Assembly: GCA_003601775.1 (NCBI GenBank)
Contig: PIYN01000001.1
Location: 27,758-91,757 of the forward strand
DNA from: Candidatus Bathyarchaeota archaeon
GTDB lineage: Archaea > Thermoproteota > Bathyarchaeia > TCS64 > PIYN01
Length of the DNA stretch: 64,000 nucleotides
Direction: 5' to 3'
Both the position numbers and the translations under genes were made by a program. Numbering within the stretch: position 1 is the first letter of the stretch; every line of letters begins with the position of its first letter. Shown here piece after piece: positions 17,337 to 26,781 of this stretch. Under the pieces are notes generated by a model that was given only the letters and a program-made list of their open reading frames with translations, had not been told where the DNA came from and did no database searches.

Positions 17337-19518
17337 ACCCCTTTCCCCCTTTTTCTGTCCCTTTAACCCTTCTTCTAAGAGTAATCGACCTCCTTCTTAG
17401 TAGATACACTCCCACAGTGACTATTGTGATGAGGGAGACGATATCCCCGCAGGCCTCGGGCGGGGTCCTCGTGAAGATGAGCTCCACCTCCGAGAGGCCT
17501 TGGGGAACCTCGACGGCCATCAGCCCGTTCGGCGTCCTGATCACCGGCGACCATCTCCCATTCACCTTTGCGCGCCACCCTGGGAAGAAGGACTCCTTGA
17601 CCGTGAGGAAGTACCTCCCAGTGGAGGAGGTGGAGTGGACGTTGACGCGGCACCTCATCCTCTCCTCCGAGAACCTCTCCACCGTGACCTCGCACCCCAC
17701 GGCCCCCGAAGTGACGTCCTCAGCTCCGTCGAGGACTTCGAAGAAGGGCCTGGCCTCGGGGTTCCTCAGGACATAGACCCCCCCGAAGCGGCGTTCGATG
17801 ACCGTCCCCTCGTACCTCGAGGCGTTCCTGGTCACGATGTACTTCACAGAGAGGAAGTCAGTCACATTGAGCGGCAGCCCCGATGTGAGTTCCCCAAGGG
17901 CGTGGAACATCAGGTTCGACCCGACGGGCTTCCAGTCGTAGTAGGGCCCGTCGAGGAGGAGGGGATGATGGCCCTCAGATAGGATCGTGTAGTAAGGCGC
18001 CTCCGAGCACCAGACTCGGTACAGGCCCCCCTGCCCGCTCACCCATCTCAGCGCGGCGTCCACATCTCCATCAAGGTGGAGGCCCTCCTCCCATCTGACG
18101 GCCCCGGTGTAGGGGTGCATATCCACCAGGAGGGCGAGGAGCAGGAGGAGGAAGAGGAGACGGCTCAGCCCAGGCCTATCCTCCAATCGTCTATGGAGGG
18201 CTCTCACCGTATATCCGGCGAGGAGGCTTGAGATGAAGGCGAGGAGGGTGAGGAGGCGCCAGGGGAACTGGAGGGGGCTGAGGATGGTCGAGATGGGGGG
18301 GACGTAGACCGGGCGGATGAGCGGTCGGGCGAGAGTTGTGGGCAGGAAGAGGAGGAGGACCCCGGTTGTGTAGAGGGAGAGGAACTCGATGTCTCGCTTC
18401 TCCACGAGGATGAAGGAGGAGAAGGCCGTGAAGAGGATGAGATTCCCCAGGTATAGGGGGAGCCGGGGGGACTCCAGGGGGAACTGGCTCATGGACCACT
18501 GGACCCTTCTCAGGAGCTGAAGGGGGGAGACGAAGTGGTTTAGGAGGCAGAAGTAGCCGGAGAACCCGTAGGCGGAGATGGTGGCATGCCTCAGCTCCAG
18601 GAGGGCGGGGAGGAGGAAGAAGGCTGAGGAGGCGAGGGCGACGGAGAGGAAGTTCCCAAGGACCTTAAGGGTCCAGAAGGTGTCATCGATATCGAATCCT
18701 CCTGTTAAAAGGCGCTTAAGGACCATCGTTATTGCTACGTAGAGGATGAGCCAGAGGATCTCGAGGAGGCCGATTAGGACGTGGGTCAGGATGAGGAGGG
18801 CGAGGAGGAGGCCCCCGAGGACCGACCTTCGATGGTCCCCCTTCCTCAAGGACTCCCTGAGCAGGAGGTAGATGGGGGGGAGCCAGATGAAGGAGGCTGT
18901 CTCCGTCAGGTCTCCGCGGATGAGGGCGTCGAGGAGGTGGTAGCCGAAGAGGGTGTAGCAGAGGGAGGCGTAGGAGGCGGCGGGGCGGTCGCCCAGAACC
19001 GAGAGGGCGACCCAGTACATGAGGACCGCGGAGAGGAAGAAGGAGAGGGCGAGGACCACCTTCACCATCCCCACACCTCTCAGCAGGGGGATGAGGGCTG
19101 AGAGCCAGGGGACGAGGGGCGAGTAGAACCTCAGGCAGGGAACGCCGCACCAGATCTCATGTATCCACCTGGGGGGTCTCCCAAGGGACCATGTTAGGTG
19201 CCTGAGGAGGGGGAGGAAACCCAGGGAGTTCCCCGTGAGGTCGTGGGTCCACATGATCCCCTCCCTGAAGAGGGAGTTCACAGCGAAGAGGGAGGAGAAC
19301 CCGGCGACGAGGAGACTGGCGGGGAGTCTCCACGCCCTTATCGGCTCAGTAGCCCGGCTGGTCCAGGCGAGGTAGAGGACCGTGGCGACGAGGAGGGAGG
19401 GGCGGAGGGGGAGGAGGGGGGGAATGGCGACCGGCTCCGTTGAGGAGAGGAGGGAGAGGAGTAGCACCAGCAGGGTTGCGGAGATGAAGACCAAGGCCAC
19501 GCGGCTGGGGCTCCTCAA
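17299..19518 (-). CDS. polytopic integral membrane protein, GT-C-fold/YfhO-like architecture (putative glycosyltransferase or envelope assembly protein)
   Basis: 739 aa. About 13 N-terminal TM helices are followed by a soluble extracytoplasmic domain and a final C-terminal TM helix with an RRR tail. This is the YfhO/GT-C layout. I found no WWDYG motif, so it is probably not AglB. Its 3' end overlaps the giant gene's 3' end. Confidence 0.45.
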   Translation of the reverse strand: MRSPSRVALVFISATLLVLLLSLLSSTEPVAIPPLLPLRPSLLVATVLYLAWTSRATEPIRAWRLPASLLVAGFSSLFAVNSLFREGIMWTHDLTGNSLGFLPLLRHLTWSLGRPPRWIHEIWCGVPCLRFYSPLVPWLSALIPLLRGVGMVKVVLALSFFLSAVLMYWVALSVLGDRPAASYASLCYTLFGYHLLDALIRGDLTETASFIWLPPIYLLLRESLRKGDHRRSVLGGLLLALLILTHVLIGLLEILWLILYVAITMVLKRLLTGGFDIDDTFWTLKVLGNFLSVALASSAFFLLPALLELRHATISAYGFSGYFCLLNHFVSPLQLLRRVQWSMSQFPLESPRLPLYLGNLILFTAFSSFILVEKRDIEFLSLYTTGVLLLFLPTTLARPLIRPVYVPPISTILSPLQFPWRLLTLLAFISSLLAGYTVRALHRRLEDRPGLSRLLFLLLLLALLVDMHPYTGAVRWEEGLHLDGDVDAALRWVSGQGGLYRVWCSEAPYYTILSEGHHPLLLDGPYYDWKPVGSNLMFHALGELTSGLPLNVTDFLSVKYIVTRNASRYEGTVIERRFGGVYVLRNPEARPFFEVLDGAEDVTSGAVGCEVTVERFSEERMRCRVNVHSTSSTGRYFLTVKESFFPGWRAKVNGRWSPVIRTPNGLMAVEVPQGLSEVELIFTRTPPEACGDIVSLITIVTVGVYLLRRRSITLRRRVKGTEKGGKGFNRRSRQLLDRC

Positions 19519-19599
19519 TTTAATTTGGGGTTTATGCTCCCTCTCTATCTAATGATTGTGTCACCGCCGGGCGACAGGGGGAGGTGACGTTCACCCTAT

Positions 19600-21345
19600 A
19601 TGGATTCTGCGCGTAGAACCCCTCTGAAGATAAGGGGATCCGATATGCGTCGATTCCCCAGAAGGACCTCTTTGATGATCCTCCTGTTTCTCCTCCTGCA
19701 GGTCTTCCCATGGACCATATCGGCGGAGTCCTCCGAGGTCCTCTCGGTGAACGAGATCCAGGTCCCCGAGCTCCTTGTCAGGGGCCTCCCCAACACCATA
19801 CAGTTCAACATCACGAACAACTCCCAGGCGTCTCAGAACTGCACGATACGTCTCACTCTGACCCTCCTCCACGAATGGAACGTCACCGTTCAGCCTGGTG
19901 TCAACCTCTTCAACCTCACCCTCATCCCCCCCGAGGACACCGAGGTCGGGCCAAGGGAGCTCGAGGCCGAGGTCTGGTGCGGGGGGCAACTGATACACGA
20001 TGAGAATCGCTCTGTGAGGGTTGTGGGGCGCCTCCTCCCCACCGTCCGGTTCTCCCCTGGCAGCACCCTCATTCAGGGTCAGACGCTCTCCATCTCAGTC
20101 GAGGTGAGGGACGAGCTGGGGAACAGGGTGGGGAACGCGACGATCTCGGCCGAGGTGTGCGGCAGGGTCTATAACTTCACGGAGAGCCAGCCCGGCTTCC
20201 AGTCCAGCGGACCCCTGGACACGAGCCTCTTCCCCACGGGAAACCTGACGGTCAAGCTGACGATCGAACAGGAGAACTACAGCCGCTACCTGGGGCTCTA
20301 CCCCCTGAGGGTCATGAGGACCCTCCTCCTCGACGACCATAACCAGTTCCCCTCCACCCTCAGACAGGGCGAGCCCACGACGATAAGGATCGATCTAATT
20401 GACGGGTATAGTGGAGAGGTGGTCCCCGGGGGCTATATCTCCCTGACGATCGGGGGGACGACCTTCCCCTTCACCGAGTCAGGGAGCGGCTCCTACACAG
20501 CAACCGTCAACATCACCCTCCCCCTGGGCTCCTATATAGCCGAGGTCAGGGGCTCAAGAGAGGGCTATGTGGACGCCGTGAGGAGCTACGAGGTGGAGGT
20601 CTACGGAAGCCTCGAGATGAGGCTCATGGACCCGGAGGCAGGGGGAAGGGTCATCCTCCTCCAGGGCACCCCCCTCATCGTGATTGTTAACATCACGACG
20701 ACACTGGGTGAGGGGCTCGAGGACGCGTCGCTCTCCGCCTGGATAGGGGATGAGCGCTTCCCCGGGGACCACCTCTCCGGCAGCCTCTACACCGTCGCCA
20801 TCGACACCTCCCCCTTCATGGGGACTTGGAAGGTCACCATCTCCGCCACCCACAGCCGCTGCGTGAACACAGCCACCGGGTCCATCACACTGACGGTCAT
20901 ACCCACCGTCTTGGAGACCGCCAACTCCACCATCCGCTCCATAAAGTCCCAGGGCTACAACGTCTCCCTGGCGGAGAGGACCCTGGAGACGGCCTACGCC
21001 TGCGCCCTCGACGGCGACGCCGCCTCCGCCCTCCAGTACTCCACGGCCGCCGTCACCCTCGCCCAGGGGTCGATGAGGGCGACAGACGCCATAGCCCAGG
21101 CCCGTAGGGCCGTCGAGGAGGCGAGGAGGGAGGGGAGGACGATCGGCCTGAAGAAGGCTCAGACCCTCCTCTCCTCAGCAGAGGAGTACTATACCCTTGG
21201 CCAGTACTCCATGGCCGAGAACTACGCGTTGAGGGCGAGGAAAGCCGCTGAGGTGGCCCTCTCCCCCCATCTGATCGTCATCTCAGTCCTCGCGTTCCTC
21301 ACGGTCGCTGCAGGGTTGTTCTTCCTCAGGTGGAGGAGGCGATAG
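19600..21345 (+). CDS. secreted surface (S-layer-like) glycoprotein with C-terminal TM anchor; real start probably the Met at ~19645
   Basis: Signal peptide (MRRFPRRTSLMILLFLLLQVFPWTISA). Many N-x-S/T sequons, e.g. NITNNSQASQNCT and NVTVQPGVNLFNLT. A predicted beta-rich ectodomain is followed by a helical stalk and a C-terminal TM helix plus basic tail (LIVISVLAFLTVAAGLFFLRWRRR). This end is typical of archaeal surface proteins. Confidence 0.55.
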   Translation: MDSARRTPLKIRGSDMRRFPRRTSLMILLFLLLQVFPWTISAESSEVLSVNEIQVPELLVRGLPNTIQFNITNNSQASQNCTIRLTLTLLHEWNVTVQPGVNLFNLTLIPPEDTEVGPRELEAEVWCGGQLIHDENRSVRVVGRLLPTVRFSPGSTLIQGQTLSISVEVRDELGNRVGNATISAEVCGRVYNFTESQPGFQSSGPLDTSLFPTGNLTVKLTIEQENYSRYLGLYPLRVMRTLLLDDHNQFPSTLRQGEPTTIRIDLIDGYSGEVVPGGYISLTIGGTTFPFTESGSGSYTATVNITLPLGSYIAEVRGSREGYVDAVRSYEVEVYGSLEMRLMDPEAGGRVILLQGTPLIVIVNITTTLGEGLEDASLSAWIGDERFPGDHLSGSLYTVAIDTSPFMGTWKVTISATHSRCVNTATGSITLTVIPTVLETANSTIRSIKSQGYNVSLAERTLETAYACALDGDAASALQYSTAAVTLAQGSMRATDAIAQARRAVEEARREGRTIGLKKAQTLLSSAEEYYTLGQYSMAENYALRARKAAEVALSPHLIVISVLAFLTVAAGLFFLRWRRR

Positions 21346-21351
21346 GGTCCC

Positions 21352-21906
21352 TTAACGTGTTACGAGTCCTTCGCGCTGAGATACGGTCTCAGGCGAGGAT
21401 CCCTCGGTTGTCTCCATCACTTCAGGACGACATGGCACTATCATGACTGAGTCACTACCCTGGAAGCATGTTCCATCGTAGGTATAGCCTGTAAGGGTCG
21501 CCTCGGTGCTCGAGGGCTCCAGCTGGAGATCTCGGATCCTGAAGAAGAGGAGCAGGTCGAGGTCTCCCTCCCTATCAACGTCCAGGAGGCAGCTCCATAG
21601 GGGCGGGGCTCCGGCGAAGAGGACGGTCGTGGTATTGACGTCGCTTGCATCGAAGTCGTCGGTCGTTAGGACCGCCACCAGGACGACTCCGTGGGAACCG
21701 AGGCAGATGATGTTCAGGGGGGACCAGGGGCGGATGTCTATCTCAACCTCCCTGCATAGGGGGCGTATGGTGTAGGAGAACCTCCACTCATACCTGCCTC
21801 CCGGGTGGAGGTGGGAGGACAGGAAGCCCCCTAAGGCAACCGCTGTCAGCAAGAGCACTATGACGTAAAGGTGCCTCCTCAACCCCAGGTCCCGCCGACC
21901 ATTCAA
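21352..21906 (-). CDS. small N-terminally membrane-anchored protein with extracellular Cys-containing domain (hypothetical)
   Basis: N-terminal TM helix (LYVIVLLLTAVALGGFL) followed by a ~150-aa soluble domain. There is a TATA-like element in the upstream spacer. Confidence 0.35.
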   Translation of the reverse strand: MNGRRDLGLRRHLYVIVLLLTAVALGGFLSSHLHPGGRYEWRFSYTIRPLCREVEIDIRPWSPLNIICLGSHGVVLVAVLTTDDFDASDVNTTTVLFAGAPPLWSCLLDVDREGDLDLLLFFRIRDLQLEPSSTEATLTGYTYDGTCFQGSDSVMIVPCRPEVMETTEGSSPETVSQREGLVTR

Positions 21907-21990
21907 GGTTTCAATTAGAGATAGAGGATTTAAAGGTTAACGCCCTCAGGATAGTGAAGACTTCTATGGACCAGGGGTACAGCCCTGAGC

Positions 21991-23205
21991 CTACTCCAAG
22001 AGGGTTACTGTGACCTCCTCCCCCTCTTCGATGACATCGACGTTGAGGGGTATGACGATGTACCCGTCGGCCTCCGACATGCTGGTGATAGCCCCCGACT
22101 CCTTGAAGGCCTGGTAGGCTTTTCCCTCCCTGATCCTCACCGTGAGGAACTGCACCCTCCCCGAGGAGGAGACGAACCTATGCCCCATCCTCACCCGCAC
22201 CTTCCTCGGCTCCTTCTTGGGCAATCTCGCCATCTTCCTCACGGCCGGTGCGAGAAAAAGGTAGGCGTTGCTGAGGCAAGAGGTGGGGTACCCTGGCATG
22301 CCGAGGAGAGGTCTCCCGTCGATGATGCCGAAGAGGGTGGGCTTGCCCGGCTTCACCTGGACCCCGTGGAAGAGGACCTCCCCCACCTCCTCGACGACGC
22401 GGTAGAGCAGGTCCCGTGCCCCCACGGAGCTCCCCCCGGAGAGGACGATCATATCGTCACTTAGGGTCTCCTCGATGGCCGACCTCAGGTCCTCATGGGC
22501 ATCGGGGACGATGCCACGTCTAATGGGCTTCGCCCCGTTGGCCACGACGACGGCCGAGAGGGTGTAGGAGTTGATGTCGTAGACCTCCCCCTCCCCGAGC
22601 TCCGACCCCACCTCCCTCACCTCCCTCCCCGTCGAGAGGATGGAGACCCTGGGCCTCTCATAGGCCTCGACGGCTCTCCTCCCGAGGGCCGCGAGGACGC
22701 CGACCTTAGGCGGCGTGAGGAGGACGCCGGCCTTAAGGACCGTTGTTCCCTCTTCTATGTCTTCACCCCTCGGTGCCACGTTGGCGCCGGGGTAGACGGG
22801 CCTCTGAACCTCGACGATCCCGTCTTCTTCTTTGGTGAACTCGACCATGACGACGGCGTCTGCCCCCTTGGGAATGGGGCAGCCGGTCGCGATCTGGACG
22901 CACTCTCCCTTCCCTATCTCTCCCCTGAAGGGCTCCCCGGGGTAGGCTGAGCCGATGAGTCGCAGCTTCTTCGGCTTGAAGGTCGAGGCCCCGTAGGTGT
23001 CCTCGGCCCTGACGGCGTAGCCGTCCATGGCGGCCCTGTCGAAGGGTGGGATGGAGATCTCCGCTATGATGTCCTCCGCCAGGACCCGCCCATGGGCTTC
23101 TTCGAGTGGAACTTTCTCCGTCCGTTCTATGGGTCTGACGTTCTCCAGGATGATCCTCATCGCCTCCTCGTAGGGGGTGAGCGTCTTGAAGGGCTCCATC
23201 CTCAT
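21991..23205 (-). CDS. moeA: molybdopterin molybdenum/tungsten transferase
   Basis: 404 aa with MoeA domain order: an N-terminal domain containing FDRAAMDGYA, a central MoCF-binding domain with GGSSVG, and a C-terminal beta domain. Confidence 0.85.
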   Translation of the reverse strand: MRMEPFKTLTPYEEAMRIILENVRPIERTEKVPLEEAHGRVLAEDIIAEISIPPFDRAAMDGYAVRAEDTYGASTFKPKKLRLIGSAYPGEPFRGEIGKGECVQIATGCPIPKGADAVVMVEFTKEEDGIVEVQRPVYPGANVAPRGEDIEEGTTVLKAGVLLTPPKVGVLAALGRRAVEAYERPRVSILSTGREVREVGSELGEGEVYDINSYTLSAVVVANGAKPIRRGIVPDAHEDLRSAIEETLSDDMIVLSGGSSVGARDLLYRVVEEVGEVLFHGVQVKPGKPTLFGIIDGRPLLGMPGYPTSCLSNAYLFLAPAVRKMARLPKKEPRKVRVRMGHRFVSSSGRVQFLTVRIREGKAYQAFKESGAITSMSEADGYIVIPLNVDVIEEGEEVTVTLLE

Positions 23206-23699
23206 CTATTCACCTCCCAGAGCATGTGCCCCAGCGCCGGGAGTATGATCCTCTTTAAACCCAGCTCCACGGCGCCCCGGGAGCCGGGGAGGGAGAAGAT
23301 TATCTTCCTCCCCACCGTCCCCGCCATGGCCCTGCTGAGGATCGCCGCCTCCCCGATCTCCTCGTAGCTCAGCCTCCTGAAGAGCTCCCCGAAGCCCTCG
23401 AGCCTCTTCTCCAGGAGCTCCATGACGGCCTCGACTGTCTGGTCCTTGGAGCTTATCCCCGTCCCGCCGCTGGTGATGATCACCTCCACCCTCTCGTCGC
23501 TGAGGAGCCTCCTCAGGGCCTCCTTTATCGCCTCCCTGTCGTTCCCCACGATCTTGTAGGCGTGTACCCTGTGCCCGGCCTCCTCCAAGAGCTGGATGGC
23601 CCTCCTCCCCGTCTCGTCAGTCCTCTCATCCCTCGTGTCGCTCGTCACTAGGACGGCGCAGCCGGCGTGCTCCCTCCTCCTCTCCCTATGCTCCCTCAT
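23202..23699 (-). CDS. moaB: molybdenum cofactor biosynthesis protein MoaB/MogA (MoCF-binding domain)
   Basis: The sequence ITSGGTGISSKD, reverse-translated from 23202-23699, is the MogA/MoaB GGTG motif. I chose the internal Met start (MREHRE...) over the longer Arg/Gly-rich extension in the track ORF. Its stop overlaps the moeA start. Confidence 0.75.
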   Translation of the reverse strand: MREHRERRREHAGCAVLVTSDTRDERTDETGRRAIQLLEEAGHRVHAYKIVGNDREAIKEALRRLLSDERVEVIITSGGTGISSKDQTVEAVMELLEKRLEGFGELFRRLSYEEIGEAAILSRAMAGTVGRKIIFSLPGSRGAVELGLKRIILPALGHMLWEVNR

Positions 23700-23704
23700 C
23701 TCTC

Positions 23705-24166
23705 TCACTCCTTCCTCTTCTCCACCACTCGGACCTCTGTGATCCGGGTCGTTGGGTACTGCCCCTCCTCGTCCTTCTCTAGGTACTTCACCATGTCCCA
23801 GAGGGTGAGGAGGGCGACCGTCACGCCGGTGAGGGCCTCCATCTCCACCCCTGTCTTGTAGTCGGCGACGACCCTGCACCTCGCCTCCACGTGGTCCTCA
23901 CCTATCCTGAATGAGACGTCGACCTTCGTCAGGGGTATGGGGTGGCAGAGGGGTATCAGCTCCGAGACCCTCTTAGCGGCGAGGATCCCCGCGACCTCCG
24001 CGACGGGGAAGGGGTCGCCCTTCTTGATCGTCCCCTTCCTAATGGCCTCGAGGGTCTCCTTCCTCAGGAGGATCCTCCCAGCCGCCTCGGCGGTCCTGTG
24101 GACGACCCTCTTCTCCGAGACGTCCACCATGTCTAGGGGGTTGACCTCCCCGCCCCGCTCACCCAT
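23705..24166 (-). CDS. moaC: cyclic pyranopterin monophosphate synthase accessory protein
   Basis: 153 aa. Conserved MoaC motifs: MVDVSEK, AKRVSELIPLCHP and GVEMEALT. Confidence 0.85.
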   Translation of the reverse strand: MGERGGEVNPLDMVDVSEKRVVHRTAEAAGRILLRKETLEAIRKGTIKKGDPFPVAEVAGILAAKRVSELIPLCHPIPLTKVDVSFRIGEDHVEARCRVVADYKTGVEMEALTGVTVALLTLWDMVKYLEKDEEGQYPTTRITEVRVVEKRKE

Positions 24167-24584
24167 CTTCTTCGCCCTCCACCCAGAGGCCCCCCTCCGG
24201 GGTATACTCCTTCTTCCATATCGGCGCCAATCTCTTCACCTCCTCCAATATGAACCTACAGGCCTCGAAGGCCTCCTTCCTGTGGGCTGAGGCGACGGCG
24301 ATGAGGAGGATGTTCTCCGAGACCTTGAGCGTCCCGATGCGGTGGATGATCACGGCCTCCTCCACCCCAAACCTCTCGAGGACCCTCCTCCTGATCCCCT
24401 CCAGTTCCCTCAGGGCCATCTCCTCGTAGGCCTCCACCTCGAGGCGCTCCACACAGCGGCCCCGGGACTCCCCCCGGACGATGCCGAGGAAGGCAACGAT
24501 AGCCCCCGCATCCCTCCTCCTCAGGCCCTCGAGGACCTCCCCCACAGAGAAGTCCTCCCGAGTGATCCTGATCATCCCACTCAA
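24159..24584 (-). CDS. moaE: molybdopterin synthase catalytic (large) subunit
   Basis: 141-aa MoaE fold (IVAFLGIVRG...IHRIGTLKVSENILLIAVASAHRKEAFEAC). Translationally coupled to moaD and moaC. Confidence 0.8.
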   Translation of the reverse strand: MSGMIRITREDFSVGEVLEGLRRRDAGAIVAFLGIVRGESRGRCVERLEVEAYEEMALRELEGIRRRVLERFGVEEAVIIHRIGTLKVSENILLIAVASAHRKEAFEACRFILEEVKRLAPIWKKEYTPEGGLWVEGEEDG

Positions 24585-24817
24585 CCTCCACTCACAGATG
24601 GGAGGAGCGCCACGATATCCCCCTCCCTCAGCCTCCGCTCAGGGCCTGACCGGACGCCGTTGACGGCGACCAGCAGTTTCCTGCGTCCCCGTAACTCCGG
24701 GCGGGCCTCCCTCAGAGCCTCCAGGAGGTCCCTGACGGTGGAGCCCTCCTGGACCTCGACCTCCTCCCTCTCGAGGCCTACCTCCTCCCTGATGGAGGCG
24801 AAGTACCTGACGGTCAC
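24581..24817 (-). CDS. moaD: molybdopterin synthase sulfur-carrier (small) subunit, ThiS/MoaD fold ending in Gly-Gly
   Basis: The C-terminus is ...LLPSVSGG*, the diglycine typical of MoaD. The VTVRYFASIREE region is beta-grasp-like. The start is probably GTG at 24817 or TTG at 24823, not the long Arg-rich extension in the track ORF. Confidence 0.65.
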   Translation of the reverse strand: MTVRYFASIREEVGLEREEVEVQEGSTVRDLLEALREARPELRGRRKLLVAVNGVRSGPERRLREGDIVALLPSVSGG

Positions 24818-24824
24818 CCTCAAC

Positions 24825-25781
24825 TCAGTCCCTCCAATAGGGCTCTCTCCTGGAGACCGCCTCCTTGAAGGCCTCCACCAGCGCATCCCCTCCGCCTCCT
24901 CTCCTCAATAGGGGTGCTACATCCACGAGGTTATCGTTCCTCATCAGGCAGGGCTTCAGCCTCCCATCTGAGGTCACCCGGAGGCGTGTGCAGTACCTGC
25001 AGAACTCCGTGTTATGCATCGGTCTCACGATCTCCACCACCCCTCCCCCCTTCAGGTAGTACTGCCTCCTCCTCTGGAGCTCTCTCACCCGAACCCTCTG
25101 GGACCTCGCCTTCAGCATCTCCTCTATGTCACGGAGGTCGTGGTGGAGGCTCTCCCAGTAGGGCCCTGTCCCCGCCTGCACGGGCTGGAACTCGATGAGC
25201 TGTAGGATCGCCCCATGCTCCTTGGAGAACTCGATCATCCGGGGGATCTCCCCGTCGTTCAGACCCCTCAGGACCACCATGTTCAGCTTCACGGGCTCCA
25301 GGCCGCTCTCAATGGCTGCCTCCACCCCCTCCACCACCTCGTTGAGCATGTCCCTCCCCGTGATCCTCCTGAAGGTCTCGGGGTCCAGGGAGTGGAGGCT
25401 GATATTCGCCCGTCGCAGCCCCGCTTCGTGGAGGTCTTGAGCGAACTTCCCCAGGAGGGACCCGTTCGTCGTCATGGAGACCTCGTCGACGTGGGGGGCG
25501 ATCCCGGAGACGATCTCCACGATATCCCTCCGGATCAGCGGCTCCCCTCCCGTGAGCTTGACCTTCCTCATCCCCAGGGCCGAGGCGACCTCGACGAGTT
25601 CCACGATCTCCTCCGCAGAGAGTTCCCCATGGGGGTTCAGCTCCCCCTCCCTGTGACAGAAGAAGCACTCGAAGTTACACCTCTGTGTCACCGAGATCCT
25701 GAGGCTGTTCACGGGTCTCCCAAAGGGGTCACGGAGCAGTCCCCCTCCCCCCTCCCGTCCCATCTCCCACCCCTCGTCCAA
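24825..25781 (-). CDS. moaA: GTP 3',8-cyclase, radical SAM
   Basis: Radical-SAM cluster motif CNFECFFCHREG. The C-terminal auxiliary-cluster cysteines CRYCTRLRVTSDGRLKPC are present. The first gene of the moa operon. Confidence 0.85.
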   Translation of the reverse strand: MDEGWEMGREGGGGLLRDPFGRPVNSLRISVTQRCNFECFFCHREGELNPHGELSAEEIVELVEVASALGMRKVKLTGGEPLIRRDIVEIVSGIAPHVDEVSMTTNGSLLGKFAQDLHEAGLRRANISLHSLDPETFRRITGRDMLNEVVEGVEAAIESGLEPVKLNMVVLRGLNDGEIPRMIEFSKEHGAILQLIEFQPVQAGTGPYWESLHHDLRDIEEMLKARSQRVRVRELQRRRQYYLKGGGVVEIVRPMHNTEFCRYCTRLRVTSDGRLKPCLMRNDNLVDVAPLLRRGGGGDALVEAFKEAVSRREPYWRD

Positions 25782-25902
25782 GATGGTTTTATCCTAATAG
25801 TCGAGATTCCCTTAAAACTGTTATGTCGCTTCATGCATATCGAGGTTCTTTGATGGAAAAGGGTAATAACCCAGGGAGGGGAGTAGGTGATGGTGGAGAC
25901 TG

Positions 25903-26682
25903 ATGGTTCAGTTGGCTGAGATCACCTGGACGGATGCCAAGGAGTTCTTCTCGGAGTCGGATGTCGTGATCCTACCCGTGGGGAGCACCGAGCAGCATGG
26001 ACCGCACAACCCCCTGGGGACGGATTACCTGAACGCGGAGGCAGTGAGCCGGGTCGTCGGGGAGAGGACGAAGACCCTCGTCCTCCCCGTCATCCCCGTC
26101 GGGGTCTCCGAGCATCACAGGCAGTTCCCCGGGACCCTCTGGGTCCCGCCCCAGGTCTTCCGGGAGTATGTGGAGGCCGTCGCCCTCTCGGCGGCGAGCC
26201 ATGGGGCGAGGAAGATCGTCATCGTGAACGGCCACGGCGGGAACACGGCGAGCCTCCTGGAGGTCGCCGGTCACCTTAGGAGGGAGTGTGGGGTCTTCGC
26301 CGTCGTCGTCATGGCCTTCCCGCCTGGGATGATGGAGATCGGGGGAGGACATGCCGGGGCGGGGGAGACGAGCGCGAACCTCTACTGGCACCCCCATCTC
26401 GTCAAGATGGAGAGGGCGCCGAGGACGAGGCAGAAGGAGCGACTCGGGGGGCTGAGGATGCAGGGCATGGGTCGAGTCGGGCCGGCTCAGTTCCCCTGGG
26501 ACACCATCGACCTGACGGAGACCGGCCTCCTCGGAGGGGCTGGGCAGGACCTGGACGCTTCCACGGCCTCTGCGGAGAAGATCAAGCCGATGATGGAGAA
26601 GTTCCTCGACAACCTCTGCGAGTTCGTAGAGGCCCTGAAGAAGGAGGATGTCAAGAGTCTCCTGTGCAAGCCCCACAAGTAA
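25903..26682 (+). CDS. creatininase-family amidohydrolase (ArfB-like), paralog 2
   Basis: Motifs GSTEQHGPHNPLGTD and VNGHGGN. Same fold as the ORF at 4264-5061. Confidence 0.65.
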   Translation: MVQLAEITWTDAKEFFSESDVVILPVGSTEQHGPHNPLGTDYLNAEAVSRVVGERTKTLVLPVIPVGVSEHHRQFPGTLWVPPQVFREYVEAVALSAASHGARKIVIVNGHGGNTASLLEVAGHLRRECGVFAVVVMAFPPGMMEIGGGHAGAGETSANLYWHPHLVKMERAPRTRQKERLGGLRMQGMGRVGPAQFPWDTIDLTETGLLGGAGQDLDASTASAEKIKPMMEKFLDNLCEFVEALKKEDVKSLLCKPHK

Positions 26683-26781
26683 TCCCTCTTTTTATACTTA
26701 TGGGGTGGACTCAACGCCTCGCCTGTAGGTCGCTTCATTTATCTATCAAGAGAGGCATCTAACCTCCTTGGAGGAGTCCCC

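Noticed and set aside
19545-19580. GC-rich near-palindrome gtcacc-gccgggcgacagggggag-ggtgac between divergent genes
   Set aside because: It is imperfect, and in a GC-rich genome such stems arise by chance. It is noted only as part of the divergent promoter region and was not called as a feature.
23700-23879. 60-codon Arg/Gly-rich N-terminal extension of moaB in the ORF track
   Set aside because: It overlaps the moaC coding region. The MogA/MoaB domain starts at the internal Met (23699).
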